A program made the translations under genes and the position numbers. 32,000 nucleotides of DNA from Candidatus Hadarchaeales archaeon. GTDB lineage: Archaea > Hadarchaeota > Hadarchaeia > Hadarchaeales > Hadarchaeaceae. The stretch lies in assembly GCA_038823825.1 (NCBI GenBank), contig JAWBCC010000001.1, forward strand, positions 300,001 to 332,000, written 5' to 3'. Of the stretch, positions 15,531-25,074 are shown in pieces. Within the stretch, counting starts at the first letter, position 1. The number at the start of each line of letters is the position of its first letter. A model generated the notes under the pieces. That model did no database searches. It was not told the origin of the DNA and worked only from the letters and a program-made list of their open reading frames with translations.

Positions 15531-16681
15531 TGTTCTATGGGTTTTCCTCCCTTCATTATCGTCAAACCGTCGACCGTGACTTCTCCGTCACGCATATCCT
15601 TAATCATGTCGAGATGACAAGAAGCCTTGTTCTTTCCGTGATATGCTCCTCTATTGTTTCCTATCGCAATGTGTATTGTTCCGAAAATTTTTTCATCAAT
15701 GATAATGCTTCCACCAGTATATCTCGCCATCCTATTTGTACCAATCCCAAACTCCGCTATTCTGTCCTTTTCTCCAGTGTTCGCATCTAGAAATTTTTTA
15801 AATGCTTCTTCACCCATTTCCGCTTCGAACTTCTCGATTTTGCCATTTTCAAATGTTAATCGCAGTTGTTTAACTTTTCCAAAGCCAGGAATCGCAATCT
15901 CATCGAAAAAGATTTCTCCCTTTGCAGAGGTCTCTATTGGAGCAACAAAAACTTCACCAGCTGGAATGTTTACCCCAACATCTCCGCGCTTTAAATCCTC
16001 CTCAGATAGTATTCCGTCATCCACTAAAATAGGTCTCTTTTTTATGCTGAAGCAGAGATCGGTGCCGTCATCGGCCGTTATTCTGACTTCTTTTCTGTTT
16101 TCCAACGATTTCCTGTAGACTTCACAAGTTTCCAACAATCTCTCCCGGAAAGTTTCCCTTATGCAGTCAAAGAAAATCTCGCGGAACTTCTTGACAGGAA
16201 ATCCGTAGCCTTTTGCCGCGCCCGGTACTGGCCATCCAAAGTATGCCCACCTTACTTTTCTTTTGTCTAAGATCTCCCTTATTTTCTCCCGCACGGGTGC
16301 GGAAAGTCGGAGTTTGTGGGCCAACCCTCTAGCCCAATTTGGATCGTCTTCTTCTCCTATGTAAATCGTGACATCTACGCTCTTTGCCAAGGCTTCGCTT
16401 ATTTTACTCATTTCTGAAAGCGAGTCTTCTGGTTTAAGCTCGTAACACCTTCTGTCTCTTATTGAGGAATCTGGAATCATTAAGGTATGAGCTCCGACTT
16501 TCCAGCACTCCTCTTCAATTATTTCCGCGAATCTCACACACGAGGGATCGGTAATATTGTAAAGAATTCTCACATTTTCATATCTTTTGCCTTTTTTTCC
16601 AATCTTCATGTTTTTTGTTACAAACTTTTCTGCAATTTGGCGCATTTCCCTTTCGGACAATTCGTCGTGCACTTTAGTCAC
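15527..16681 (-). CDS. Aminopeptidase, M29/leucyl aminopeptidase-like
   Basis: 384 aa, NIPAGEVFVAPIETSAKGEIFFD, FGIGTN, GTIHIAIGNNRGAYHGKNKASCHLDMI. Confidence 0.85.
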   Translation of the reverse strand: MTKVHDELSEREMRQIAEKFVTKNMKIGKKGKRYENVRILYNITDPSCVRFAEIIEEECWKVGAHTLMIPDSSIRDRRCYELKPEDSLSEMSKISEALAKSVDVTIYIGEEDDPNWARGLAHKLRLSAPVREKIREILDKRKVRWAYFGWPVPGAAKGYGFPVKKFREIFFDCIRETFRERLLETCEVYRKSLENRKEVRITADDGTDLCFSIKKRPILVDDGILSEEDLKRGDVGVNIPAGEVFVAPIETSAKGEIFFDEIAIPGFGKVKQLRLTFENGKIEKFEAEMGEEAFKKFLDANTGEKDRIAEFGIGTNRMARYTGGSIIIDEKIFGTIHIAIGNNRGAYHGKNKASCHLDMIKDMRDGEVTVDGLTIMKGGKPIEH

Positions 16682-17406
16682 CCAATGTATTCTACACCTT
16701 CTTCTTTCTTTTCCTCCGGCTGTTCAGGTATTCTCTCTCTGAAAACGCTAAGTTGTTCTAAAAGCTCCGATGAATCAATTTTAAATCCAAGAATAGATGC
16801 CATAGCTGCTATCACATTGTTGGATGCCACTGGGTCGATCAATCCACCCGCTGTTACTCCAAGCAGGCAGAAGCCCTCTATACCCCGAAGAGCTGCTAAG
16901 GCAGGCAGAAGACCATTCATCCCAACGATCACACCACCCGTAAGGATTTCAATTCCTTTTTCTTTCAATAAGTTAATCATCTTTTTGCTGGTCGCAGTTC
17001 CAACTACTTGAGACCTAACACTTTCTCCAGAACCCTTTACATATGCTGCCATTGTTCCCAAAGTCTCTACGGATTCCTTCTCGAGAAGATCCAATATTTC
17101 TCCGCTCAGCACGTATTGTCCGACCGGAGAGGTGGCTTGTGCATCTGAGGTAATCAAAATAAGATGGAAGTCCGAGTTCCTTGGCATGCAATAGTAAAAA
17201 TCAATATTAACAGTTCTTATGTCTCCTTCATCCGGCAAGCCCCATTCTGGAAGATGTTCGGAGACTATCTCTGCGAATTTTTTTGCTTTGAATTTGTGAA
17301 TCATAAAGTCTGCAGCGAGCTTCCCCACGTTTGCAATACCGGGCAAGCCAGCTACAGCTTTGGGCTTTTTCAGCCTTGGCTTTTCCAGATATATGATTTT
17401 TCCCAT
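16678..17406 (-). CDS. PAC2 family / proteasome assembly chaperone-like protein
   Basis: 242 aa, AVAGLPGIANVGKLAADFMIHKFKAKKFAEIVSEHLPE...GLCLLGVTAGGLIDPVASNNVIAAM. Confidence 0.85.
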   Translation of the reverse strand: MGKIIYLEKPRLKKPKAVAGLPGIANVGKLAADFMIHKFKAKKFAEIVSEHLPEWGLPDEGDIRTVNIDFYYCMPRNSDFHLILITSDAQATSPVGQYVLSGEILDLLEKESVETLGTMAAYVKGSGESVRSQVVGTATSKKMINLLKEKGIEILTGGVIVGMNGLLPALAALRGIEGFCLLGVTAGGLIDPVASNNVIAAMASILGFKIDSSELLEQLSVFRERIPEQPEEKKEEGVEYIG

Positions 17407-17456
17407 CTGCTAAATCTAAACCACTCAGCGGTTTATAACTTAAACGGTTCAGTAAA

Positions 17457-18440
17457 ATGAGGATGAAGAGTTTTGTCATTGGGGAAGGGAAAATCTCCGT
17501 TCAACCGCTTGCATTTGAAAGCCTCGGTGTGCGGGGAATGAGTACCCTTGTAAAAACCGATGATGTAACTGTTTTGATCGATCCTGGTTCTGCATTGGGT
17601 CCAAGGTTTAATCTAAGTCCGCATCGGCTAGAATATATTGCCTTAGCAGCATCAAAGAAAAACATAATCCGGGCGGCTAGAAAAGCCGATGTTATTGTGA
17701 TTACTCACTATCATCACGATCATTACACACCTTTTTTTCATGAATGGACCTGGCTTTGGAGTTCGCCCGAGATGGCTGAGAAAATCTACAGCGGTAAGCT
17801 GATTCTGGCCAAAGACATTTCCGAAAACATAAATCCCGCGCAAAGAAGACGTGGCTACCTCCTCTGGAAAAAAATATCAGAAATTGCCGAAGTAAAGCCA
17901 GCCGATGGAAAAACTTTCGATTTTGGAAGCACTGTTCTTAAATTTTCAAAACCAGTTCCTCATGGTTTTACAAAGAATGGTCAAGGCAATGTTTTAATGC
18001 TTTCGTTGAAAAGCGACAACGAGTGCGCTCTTCATGCTTCTGATGTCCAGGGACCGATTGACGAAAAAGTTACCAAAATGGTTCTTCGGGAAAAACCAAA
18101 ACTCGCAATAATCGGTGGGCCCCCCTTGTATCTCCTTGGATTTAAAATAGGAGAGAAAGAAATGGAATTAGCTGAGCGCAATTTACGTTCGATATCGCGA
18201 AAAACCGAAGTGGTTGTTGTAGATCATCACCTTCTACGATCGGCCGATTATGCGGAGTTTCTGAATCCAATTGTCATGGAAGCCAAACGAATGGGACATA
18301 GGGTTTGCACAGCTTCAGAGTTAGTGGGACTAGAGACACGTTTGTTGGAAGCGAGAAGAAGAGAGCTTCATCAAAGCGAACCTATGCATAGAGAATGGTA
18401 TAAGAAGCTGAAAGAGATGGTTGCTTGGGATGAACTATAG
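17457..18440 (+). CDS. UPF0282-type metallo-beta-lactamase fold protein
   Basis: 327 aa, VLIDPGSALGPR, ITHYHHDHYTPF, HASDVQGP, VVVDHHLLR. Confidence 0.85.
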   Translation: MRMKSFVIGEGKISVQPLAFESLGVRGMSTLVKTDDVTVLIDPGSALGPRFNLSPHRLEYIALAASKKNIIRAARKADVIVITHYHHDHYTPFFHEWTWLWSSPEMAEKIYSGKLILAKDISENINPAQRRRGYLLWKKISEIAEVKPADGKTFDFGSTVLKFSKPVPHGFTKNGQGNVLMLSLKSDNECALHASDVQGPIDEKVTKMVLREKPKLAIIGGPPLYLLGFKIGEKEMELAERNLRSISRKTEVVVVDHHLLRSADYAEFLNPIVMEAKRMGHRVCTASELVGLETRLLEARRRELHQSEPMHREWYKKLKEMVAWDEL

Positions 18441-18461
18441 TATGCTCCGAAATCAATTTCT

Positions 18462-20330
18462 TTACATTTTCTCCGGAGCGGGAATTCCCATGAGATCTAA
18501 GGAATTACGTAGGACGATTCTAACGCAATCAACCAGTGCGAGTCTAGACTCCCTGAGTTCTGATGGAGTGGCCGTAAGAACAGGGGATGTTTCGTAGAAT
18601 CTGTTGAATTCCTGTGCAAGTTCGGAAGTGTAAACAGCTAACAAATGTGGTTGGAGATTCTCTCCAGCTATTTTCAGGATTGTCGGAAACTTTGCCAGTA
18701 GAATTATCAGCTTTTTCTCGCTTGGGGTAACAAGAAGCTCACCACGGATCCTGAGTTTTCTCAATTTACCAGCCTTTCGGAGTATGCTGCAGGCTCTGGC
18801 ATGTGAATATTGTATAGCCGGACCACTATTCTTGTTGAGGTCGAGAGCTTCTTCCCATTTGAAAACTATCTTTTTCTCGGGTGATGTGGCGAGCAACGAA
18901 TATCTGATGGCTCCGATTCCAACGAGTTTTGCCACTCGGCGCCAGAATCTCTCTTTTTCATTCGGTGCATGCTCTTTAACGACTTGATATGCTCTTTCTA
19001 TAGCTTCGTCCAAAACCTCGTCTACCGAGTATCCAACCCATGTTCCCTTTCTCCCCGAGAATTTTTCCGTAGGTAGCCACACGTGTTCATATGCTAAATG
19101 GTACGAATTTTGATACTCTTCTTCGTATCCGAGTAGCTTTAAGGCAGCGAAAACCACCTGCTGCGGGTAACGTTGCTCGGCGCCTATGATGTTTATGACT
19201 TTTGTGATGTTTTTCCGAATTTTGACAATTTTTCCATCCGGAGCGGTCGTATATGTCTTTTTTCCGCCAGGACGTATGGAGTGAAGCTTGATTTTGGGGT
19301 TACGGGAGATTTTTCCAAACTTCCAGAGCTGGTAAGCGATGTCTCTCGCTGTGTACACGGTGGTGCCATCTGACCTGAGCAAAATTTTGTCTTCTAAGCC
19401 AAGCGGAGAAAGCCTCAAAAGAAAAGCACCCTCCTTTTCACCAGTCCCCACGTACATATGTGGTTTAAGCATATCTAGGGCTTCCTGTACGATCCCTTCT
19501 CTGACGAGATCGCTCTCCCATACAAGCATGTTGTAGGAAATCCCAAGTTTGTCTGTGGTTTTTAAATTCTCTTTTACGCATCGCTCAGCCAACTTTCTTG
19601 CTCTTTTTGCCACTTTTCCTTCGCCTTTTTCCAGTTCAGCCAGGACGATTTCTATCTCTTTTTCCAGTTCCTTATTTTCTTCAAGCATTTTGTGAAATGA
19701 AGCATATAGAAGACCGAGCATGTGGTCGAACTTTGTTTTCGGTTTTTCTTTGATCTTCTCGTAAGCTACAAGTGTTTCGGCCATCTGCCGCCCCATGTCA
19801 TCGATGTAATTATGGACTTCTACCTCGTAACCGAGTGCGTCCATTATTCTAGCAACCGTGTCGCCCAAGATAGCATTTCTACCGTGTCCTATGTGGAGTG
19901 GTTTGGTCGGATTTATGCTGGTATGTTCTACTACAACCTTGAGGTTTTTCTTTTCCGATCGTCCATATTTTTCGTTCAACTTTCTGATGGTTTTCAGGAC
20001 GATCTCTGCAAGTAGAGGGGTCTTGGCGAAAAAGTTTAGGTAACCGCTCACAGGTTCGACTTTTTCTACGAGTTCAGGAAGCACAATATTGTTGACGATT
20101 TTCACGGCAAGGTCTGCTGGAGGAATTTTTTCAGTTCTCGCAAGCTCGAAGCAGATAGTTGAAGCGAGATCTCCCAGTTTTGGGTCGGGAGGTTCTTCAA
20201 GCGTTTCCTCTACGGTTCTCAGTGGTTTTAGTCCTAGTTTTTCTACAGCATCGGACACAGCCTTGGAAACTTGGTCTTTGAATACTTCCCAAGGAGCGTT
20301 CATCACGCACTCATTTCGAAATTTCACCAA
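18462..20330 (-). CDS. argS: Arginyl-tRNA synthetase
   Basis: 622 aa, VEHTSINPTKPLHIGHGRNAILGD, DGTTVYTARDIAYQLWK, VRIVLRNSLDLMGIPAPEKM. Confidence 0.98.
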   Translation of the reverse strand: MVKFRNECVMNAPWEVFKDQVSKAVSDAVEKLGLKPLRTVEETLEEPPDPKLGDLASTICFELARTEKIPPADLAVKIVNNIVLPELVEKVEPVSGYLNFFAKTPLLAEIVLKTIRKLNEKYGRSEKKNLKVVVEHTSINPTKPLHIGHGRNAILGDTVARIMDALGYEVEVHNYIDDMGRQMAETLVAYEKIKEKPKTKFDHMLGLLYASFHKMLEENKELEKEIEIVLAELEKGEGKVAKRARKLAERCVKENLKTTDKLGISYNMLVWESDLVREGIVQEALDMLKPHMYVGTGEKEGAFLLRLSPLGLEDKILLRSDGTTVYTARDIAYQLWKFGKISRNPKIKLHSIRPGGKKTYTTAPDGKIVKIRKNITKVINIIGAEQRYPQQVVFAALKLLGYEEEYQNSYHLAYEHVWLPTEKFSGRKGTWVGYSVDEVLDEAIERAYQVVKEHAPNEKERFWRRVAKLVGIGAIRYSLLATSPEKKIVFKWEEALDLNKNSGPAIQYSHARACSILRKAGKLRKLRIRGELLVTPSEKKLIILLAKFPTILKIAGENLQPHLLAVYTSELAQEFNRFYETSPVLTATPSELRESRLALVDCVRIVLRNSLDLMGIPAPEKM

Positions 20331-20411
20331 TAAAGTTTTTTGAGTGCAGGAACATGCTCATGATTCTTTTTCAACAATATTTAAATAGGATGATATCGCC
20401 AATTTAAATAG

Positions 20412-20987
20412 ATGAAAAATCAGATTTATCAAAGGATAACTGCTCTGCTAACAGTTGCATTGATATTGGTGATTTTCAATAAGATAGTGCTTAGCAGGTG
20501 GGGTCTTCCAAATGTCGAGTTGATAATTCCCGTGCTCGTAATTTTCGGTTGCTATTCAAATTGTTGGAAACTCTCCATGTTGACAATTCTATTGGTGGCC
20601 GTCTTGGACATCCTACTTTGGGGATTTCATCCGATTTATCTTTTCACGTGGTCCGGATTTGCATTTTGTTGGTATTTCTGGGGGAGAAATGCATTTGACC
20701 CATTTTCGAGCACGCGCAGAATTCTGAAAAGAGCGTCCATCTCAGTTCTCGCTTCCATACTTTTCTTTGATCTCTACACGGCGATAGGGTGCTGGCTCTT
20801 GTGGTACCCAAAAACGTTATCAGGGCTTGTGGCAACATATGTCGCTCAGGTCCCGTTTACTCTATATCATCTGCTCTCGCTTGGGTTTGTTTCACCTTTA
20901 GTCCTGTTGGGTAAGAAAATCTCAAGAGTGCCCATAACAGTTCCAGTTGCTGTTAGAGTGGGAACATGCAGGAGAGTGAGCAGATGA
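20412..20987 (+). CDS. ECF transporter S-component-like integral membrane protein
   Basis: 191 aa, about 5-6 hydrophobic segments, ends with VPFTLYHLLSLGFVSPLVLL; TATA-like tatttaaat at 20378-20386. Confidence 0.6.
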   Translation: MKNQIYQRITALLTVALILVIFNKIVLSRWGLPNVELIIPVLVIFGCYSNCWKLSMLTILLVAVLDILLWGFHPIYLFTWSGFAFCWYFWGRNAFDPFSSTRRILKRASISVLASILFFDLYTAIGCWLLWYPKTLSGLVATYVAQVPFTLYHLLSLGFVSPLVLLGKKISRVPITVPVAVRVGTCRRVSR

Positions 20988-21400
20988 AATCAATAAAAAC
21001 AACCGTTCTGGTAGTTCTGGTAGCAGTTTTTTCTGTTTCTCTTTTGGAATATTTCTTGTTCTACGGTCAACCATCTTCGGTGAGAGAAAATCAAGCAATA
21101 CAAGTTCACATCTCCATAGTTGAAGTTGGAGAAGAAAACTTCATCCTTAAGGACAACATTCTTCTGCTCTCCTCTGGTTCCACAGCCTTAGATGCTCTTT
21201 TAAGAATCGCCGAAGTTCAATACACAAGTTATCCGGGAATGGGTGTTTTTGTCAATTCTATCGATGGGAAAGCTAACACGGCAACAAAATGGTGGCTTTA
21301 CAAGGTCAATAACGTTTACGTTAATGTTTCCGCTAGCCGCTGTATTTTAGAAAACGGAGACAACGTTGTCTGGGAATATACTTCATTCTTTCCGTTCTAA
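20984..21400 (+). CDS. Membrane-anchored DUF4430 (transcobalamin-like C-terminal) domain protein
   Basis: Start MKSIKTTVLVVLVAVFSVSLLEYFLF; core SSGSTALDALLRIAEVQYTSYPGMGVFVNSIDGKANTATKWWLYKVNNVYVNVSASRCILENGDNVVWEYT. ATGA overlap with the upstream gene. Confidence 0.82.
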   Translation: MKSIKTTVLVVLVAVFSVSLLEYFLFYGQPSSVRENQAIQVHISIVEVGEENFILKDNILLLSSGSTALDALLRIAEVQYTSYPGMGVFVNSIDGKANTATKWWLYKVNNVYVNVSASRCILENGDNVVWEYTSFFPF

Positions 21401-21586
21401 CACTATCGGAATCTTCTCTTTTTCTCTCTCAAAAATCCAATATCCACAAATGGCTCCGAGAAAGAATATGATAAAGAACATGAAAACCGCGGCGAGCGTA
21501 TTCCAAGAATTGATATAATATGCCACGAGAACCGCAGCACAAACGATCATGATGAACCAAGTTATCTCAGCCATTTCTTTCCACAT
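21383..21586 (-). CDS. Small two-helix membrane protein, unknown
   Basis: 67 aa, ITWFIMIVCAAVLVAYYINSWNTLAAVFMFFIIFFLGAICGYWIF. Confidence 0.55.
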   Translation of the reverse strand: MWKEMAEITWFIMIVCAAVLVAYYINSWNTLAAVFMFFIIFFLGAICGYWIFEREKEKIPIVLERKE

Positions 21587-21634
21587 GTTCTCATAATTGT
21601 TGAAGATGTTGACGTATATAACTTGTTTTCTTTT

Positions 21635-22084
21635 TCATGGTTCCACAAAGGAGGTCTCCTTTTCAGTTTTCAGGACCACGAATGTTTTACTGCCGCTTAT
21701 CCCTGGCAGCTTGTCGATTTCGTGTAGAAAGACATTCAGCTGTTCGGTGTCGCTCACGATGACCTTTAAGAGTAAATCATGTTCACCAGCCATTTCATGA
21801 ATCTCAAGGATCTCCGGTCTTTCACGAAGTTTTCCGATAACCTCCGGACACGCACCTGGCTCGGTAGAAACGCCAACGAACGCTTTCAGTCCCTTACCTA
21901 GCATTTTAGGATCGACAATTGCGCAGATTCTCTTTATTACGCCTCTTCTCTTGAGCTCCTTCAGTCTTTTGTGGACGGCCGCCTTGCTTATCCCCAATTT
22001 GGCGGAAATCTGTGAATAAGGTGTTTCGGCATTTTCTTGCAGGATTTTCAATATTCTTCTATCGAGCTCGTCGAGTTCTCGCAT
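21635..22084 (-). CDS. Lrp/AsnC family transcriptional regulator
   Basis: 149 aa, LDELDRRILKILQENAETPYSQISAKLGISKAAVHKRLKELKRRGVIKR HTH plus RAM/ACT-like domain. Confidence 0.95.
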   Translation of the reverse strand: MRELDELDRRILKILQENAETPYSQISAKLGISKAAVHKRLKELKRRGVIKRICAIVDPKMLGKGLKAFVGVSTEPGACPEVIGKLRERPEILEIHEMAGEHDLLLKVIVSDTEQLNVFLHEIDKLPGISGSKTFVVLKTEKETSFVEP

Positions 22085-22128
22085 CCAGAACTATATACCA
22101 AAAATCGTTTTTAAACTTTTTTATTTTG

Positions 22129-22165
22129 GTAAACAAAATTTACTAAACATCTCATTTTAGTAAAC
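22129..22165. promoter_or_regulatory. Probable operator between divergent promoters
   Basis: Perfect 9-bp inverted repeat TTTACTAAA (22139-22147)/TTTAGTAAA (22156-22164), plus direct GTAAAC copies at 22129-22134 and 22160-22165. Abuts TATA-like ctttatatat (22165-22174). Confidence 0.6.
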
Positions 22166-22203
22166 TTTATATATCGAGGAAAAGATATCGTCGGAGGTGA
22201 AAA

Positions 22204-23124
22204 ATGGTGCCGAAAGGGGTGTCTGCTGCTCTAGTAGTCGGGATAGGCGGAGGAGGAGACATAGTGAGCGCGATACCTGTCCGTAATTACCTGAAAAGAC
22301 TCGGCATCAGAGTTTTACTCGGAGGATTAACTTGGGAAAGATATGTTGTTGATCCACAACCCGGGCCACGCAAGCTTTCAGAGATTCAGAATATCGAGCC
22401 ACTTTCTGAAACTTCTGCATTGGCATCGTCTGCCACCGTTTCTACTAAGGGCATCCGTTTCACGGCCTCGAAAGTTTCAGAGTTTCTTGGAGAAAAGGTA
22501 CTGCTTTTGGATCCAAATCTTGGTGTCCGTGGTTTGATTCGTGGAATTTCTGCAGCCATTAAAAAATTTAATCTCGATATGGTTGTTGGAGTGGACGGAG
22601 GCGGAGATGTGCTGATTTCAGGAGAAGAGAAAAACATACGCAGTCCTCTTCTTGACAGCATGATGCTTGCCACGCTAGCTTCACTTGATTCTGCCACTCT
22701 TCTAGCGGTGATTGGCTGTTGTACCGATGGAGAACTCACGTTAGAGGAGTTTATGCGCCAGTTGGCTAGAATAGCGAGATTCGGCGGGCTTATAGGAGCA
22801 TTTGGTTTGGTTAAGGAGGACGCAGAAATGATGGAAAGAATAGTACCAAATACTTCTTCAGAGGTGAGTAGACTAATTCTGGCAGCTTGGAGAGGAGAGT
22901 TTGGATGTTTCAAAATTCGTGGTGGAACGAGAGAAGCTGAGGTGACACCGTTTGCAACTATCACTTTTCTGATAGACCCCATTGTGGTCTTTCGTGAGGT
23001 GAACCCTGTTGCAAAACAACTGGTCGAAACGGAATCTCTGGAGGAAGCAAACGAAGTATTGCGGAAAGCAGGTCTATTCACCGAGCTAGATTTTGAAAGG
23101 TCATTAAAAGGTGGTGATCTATGA
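22204..23124 (+). CDS. DUF1152 domain-containing protein
   Basis: 306 aa, VVGIGGGGDIVSAIPVRNYLKRLG...VVGVDGGGDVLISGEE...SPLLDSMMLATL; SD GGAGGTGA. Confidence 0.85.
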   Translation: MVPKGVSAALVVGIGGGGDIVSAIPVRNYLKRLGIRVLLGGLTWERYVVDPQPGPRKLSEIQNIEPLSETSALASSATVSTKGIRFTASKVSEFLGEKVLLLDPNLGVRGLIRGISAAIKKFNLDMVVGVDGGGDVLISGEEKNIRSPLLDSMMLATLASLDSATLLAVIGCCTDGELTLEEFMRQLARIARFGGLIGAFGLVKEDAEMMERIVPNTSSEVSRLILAAWRGEFGCFKIRGGTREAEVTPFATITFLIDPIVVFREVNPVAKQLVETESLEEANEVLRKAGLFTELDFERSLKGGDL

Positions 23125-24203
23125 TATCTCCGACGAAAAAAGTAAAAAAATTTTTCAAGTCTGGAGCAACATACCCATATTCTTCGGCTTATGGTGAAAA
23201 AGCTGAGGAGTACATAAATCTATCCTCGAACGAGAGTCCTTATGGTCCCTCTCCGAGCATAAAAAGGTTGATTAAAAAAGAAATCACCAAACTCTCGCTC
23301 TATCCCGATCCGGCTTGCACAGAACTCAAACGAGAAATTTCAAAATTTTTGGAAGTTTCTCCAGACTGTTTAGTCATAGGAAATGGCTCCGATGAAATAA
23401 TGGACCTTGTCTGCAAGGCTTTTCTAGAAGAGGGAGAGAAAGTCTTCATTCCTTTGCCATCATTTGCTATTTATGAAATGGTCAGCCGGCTTTACGGTGG
23501 ATGTTTGAGATTCTACAAATTGCCAAAGTTTGAATGGAGAAATGACATAGCTTCGAAAGCCCGAGGATGCAAGTTAGCATTTGTTGGCAGACCAAACAAT
23601 CCGACCGGTAATCTTCCACCAAAATCTTTGGTAGAAAAGATCTCCAAAATGGTCGGAATTCTCGTCATAGACGAAGCATACATCGAATTTTCGGACGAGG
23701 AGTCTCTCGCGAAATGGGCTTCTGAGCAATCAAACGTGCTAGTATTAAGAACTTTTTCGAAGGCCTTCGGCTTGGCTGGTTTGAGAATAGGTTACGGGGT
23801 TGGAAATCCCAAGCTAGTTCAGCTTCTGGATGCAATAAGGTTGCCGTTCAACATAAACAGAATCGCGCAAGCAGCCGCAATAGCAGCTCTGCGGGATAAA
23901 AAATACTTTGAGAGAGTAGTTCGAATAATAAAAAGCGAACGGGAAAAAATGGCAAAAGAATTGAAATCTTTGGGTCTGAGGCCGTTACCTTCTCAAGCTA
24001 ACTTTTTAATGGTCGATGTAAAACCTTGGAATGTGAACGCGGAAGATTTCTGTAAAATGCTCATGAGGAAAAAAATTCTCGTTCGCAGTCTTGTAAACTT
24101 TAGAGGAGCGGGAGAGAACTTCGTGAGGATAACGATAGGAAGCCCGGAGCAAAACAGAGAGCTGATCGCAGCTCTTAAGGAACTTAGGAGGAATTTGTCA
24201 TGA
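23121..24203 (+). CDS. hisC: Histidinol-phosphate aminotransferase
   Basis: 360 aa, LSSNESPYGPSP, VIGNGSDEIMDLVCKAFL, GRPNNPTGNLPP, LRTFSKAFGLAGLRIGYGVG. Confidence 0.97.
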   Translation: MISPTKKVKKFFKSGATYPYSSAYGEKAEEYINLSSNESPYGPSPSIKRLIKKEITKLSLYPDPACTELKREISKFLEVSPDCLVIGNGSDEIMDLVCKAFLEEGEKVFIPLPSFAIYEMVSRLYGGCLRFYKLPKFEWRNDIASKARGCKLAFVGRPNNPTGNLPPKSLVEKISKMVGILVIDEAYIEFSDEESLAKWASEQSNVLVLRTFSKAFGLAGLRIGYGVGNPKLVQLLDAIRLPFNINRIAQAAAIAALRDKKYFERVVRIIKSEREKMAKELKSLGLRPLPSQANFLMVDVKPWNVNAEDFCKMLMRKKILVRSLVNFRGAGENFVRITIGSPEQNRELIAALKELRRNLS

Positions 24204-25066
24204 CAGAAATTCTGCTGGCGATACCTAACAAAGGCAGGCTCTATGAACCAACCATGAGATTGCTCGAAGATGCCGGATTTGGCTCAATAGACAGAGGGGA
24301 AAGGCAGCTTTTTGCAAAAACAAGAGATCCTTCGGTTATGCTGGTTTTTGCCAGAGCCCAAGACATACCGAAACTCGTAGAAAGAGGAGCAATGGATTTG
24401 GGAATCACAGGTTTGGATCTGGTGATCGAGAGTGGATCGAAGCTGGTTGAACTTCTCGATTTGGAATACGGAAAGGCAAAATTAGTTGTCGCAGTGAGCG
24501 AATCTTCAGGCATAAAAAAGATATCAGATATCCCAGCAGGTAGCCGGGTAGCAACCGAGTTTCCAAAAATAGCTTCAGAGTTTTTCAAGAAAAAGAAAAT
24601 CAGAGTTGAAATTTCAGAGATCTCAGGATCAGCAGAAATAACACCCCTGATAGGAATGGCAGACTTGGTGGTGGATCTCGTCAGTACCGGTACCACAATG
24701 AAGATGCACGGTTTGACGATTATCGAGGAAATTTTAGACACGTCAGCCAGGTTATTTGCGAATCCAACCAGCCTGAAAAATAAACGTCAGAAAATCGAGC
24801 AAATAAAAACGGCGATCGAGAGTGTCGTGAGAGCTAGAGGAAAAAAGCTGATCCTTATGAACATTCCGGCCGAAAAGCTTGATGAGATTAAGAAAATCGT
24901 TCCAGGAATGTCAGGTCCAACGGTTTCGAAGGTTGAGGCCGAAGTCCCCATGCTCGCGATTCAGGCGGTGGTGGAAGCCCAAAGAGTGGACGAAGTAGTT
25001 CGGCGAGCAAAACAGGTTGGAGCGAGAGATATTCTAGTAGTCCCTATCGAGCGCGTTCTTCCGTAG
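24200..25066 (+). CDS. hisG: ATP phosphoribosyltransferase
   Basis: 288 aa, IPNKGRLYEPTMRLLEDAG, ERGAMDLGITGLDLV, DLVSTGTTMKMHGL. Confidence 0.97.
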   Translation: MTEILLAIPNKGRLYEPTMRLLEDAGFGSIDRGERQLFAKTRDPSVMLVFARAQDIPKLVERGAMDLGITGLDLVIESGSKLVELLDLEYGKAKLVVAVSESSGIKKISDIPAGSRVATEFPKIASEFFKKKKIRVEISEISGSAEITPLIGMADLVVDLVSTGTTMKMHGLTIIEEILDTSARLFANPTSLKNKRQKIEQIKTAIESVVRARGKKLILMNIPAEKLDEIKKIVPGMSGPTVSKVEAEVPMLAIQAVVEAQRVDEVVRRAKQVGARDILVVPIERVLP

Positions 25067-25074
25067 GTGACGGC

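Noticed and set aside
15654-16118. 154-aa plus-strand ORF
   Set aside because: Antisense to the M29 aminopeptidase; no start context or domain.
22386-23081. 231-aa minus-strand ORF
   Set aside because: Fully antisense to the DUF1152 gene; no family features.
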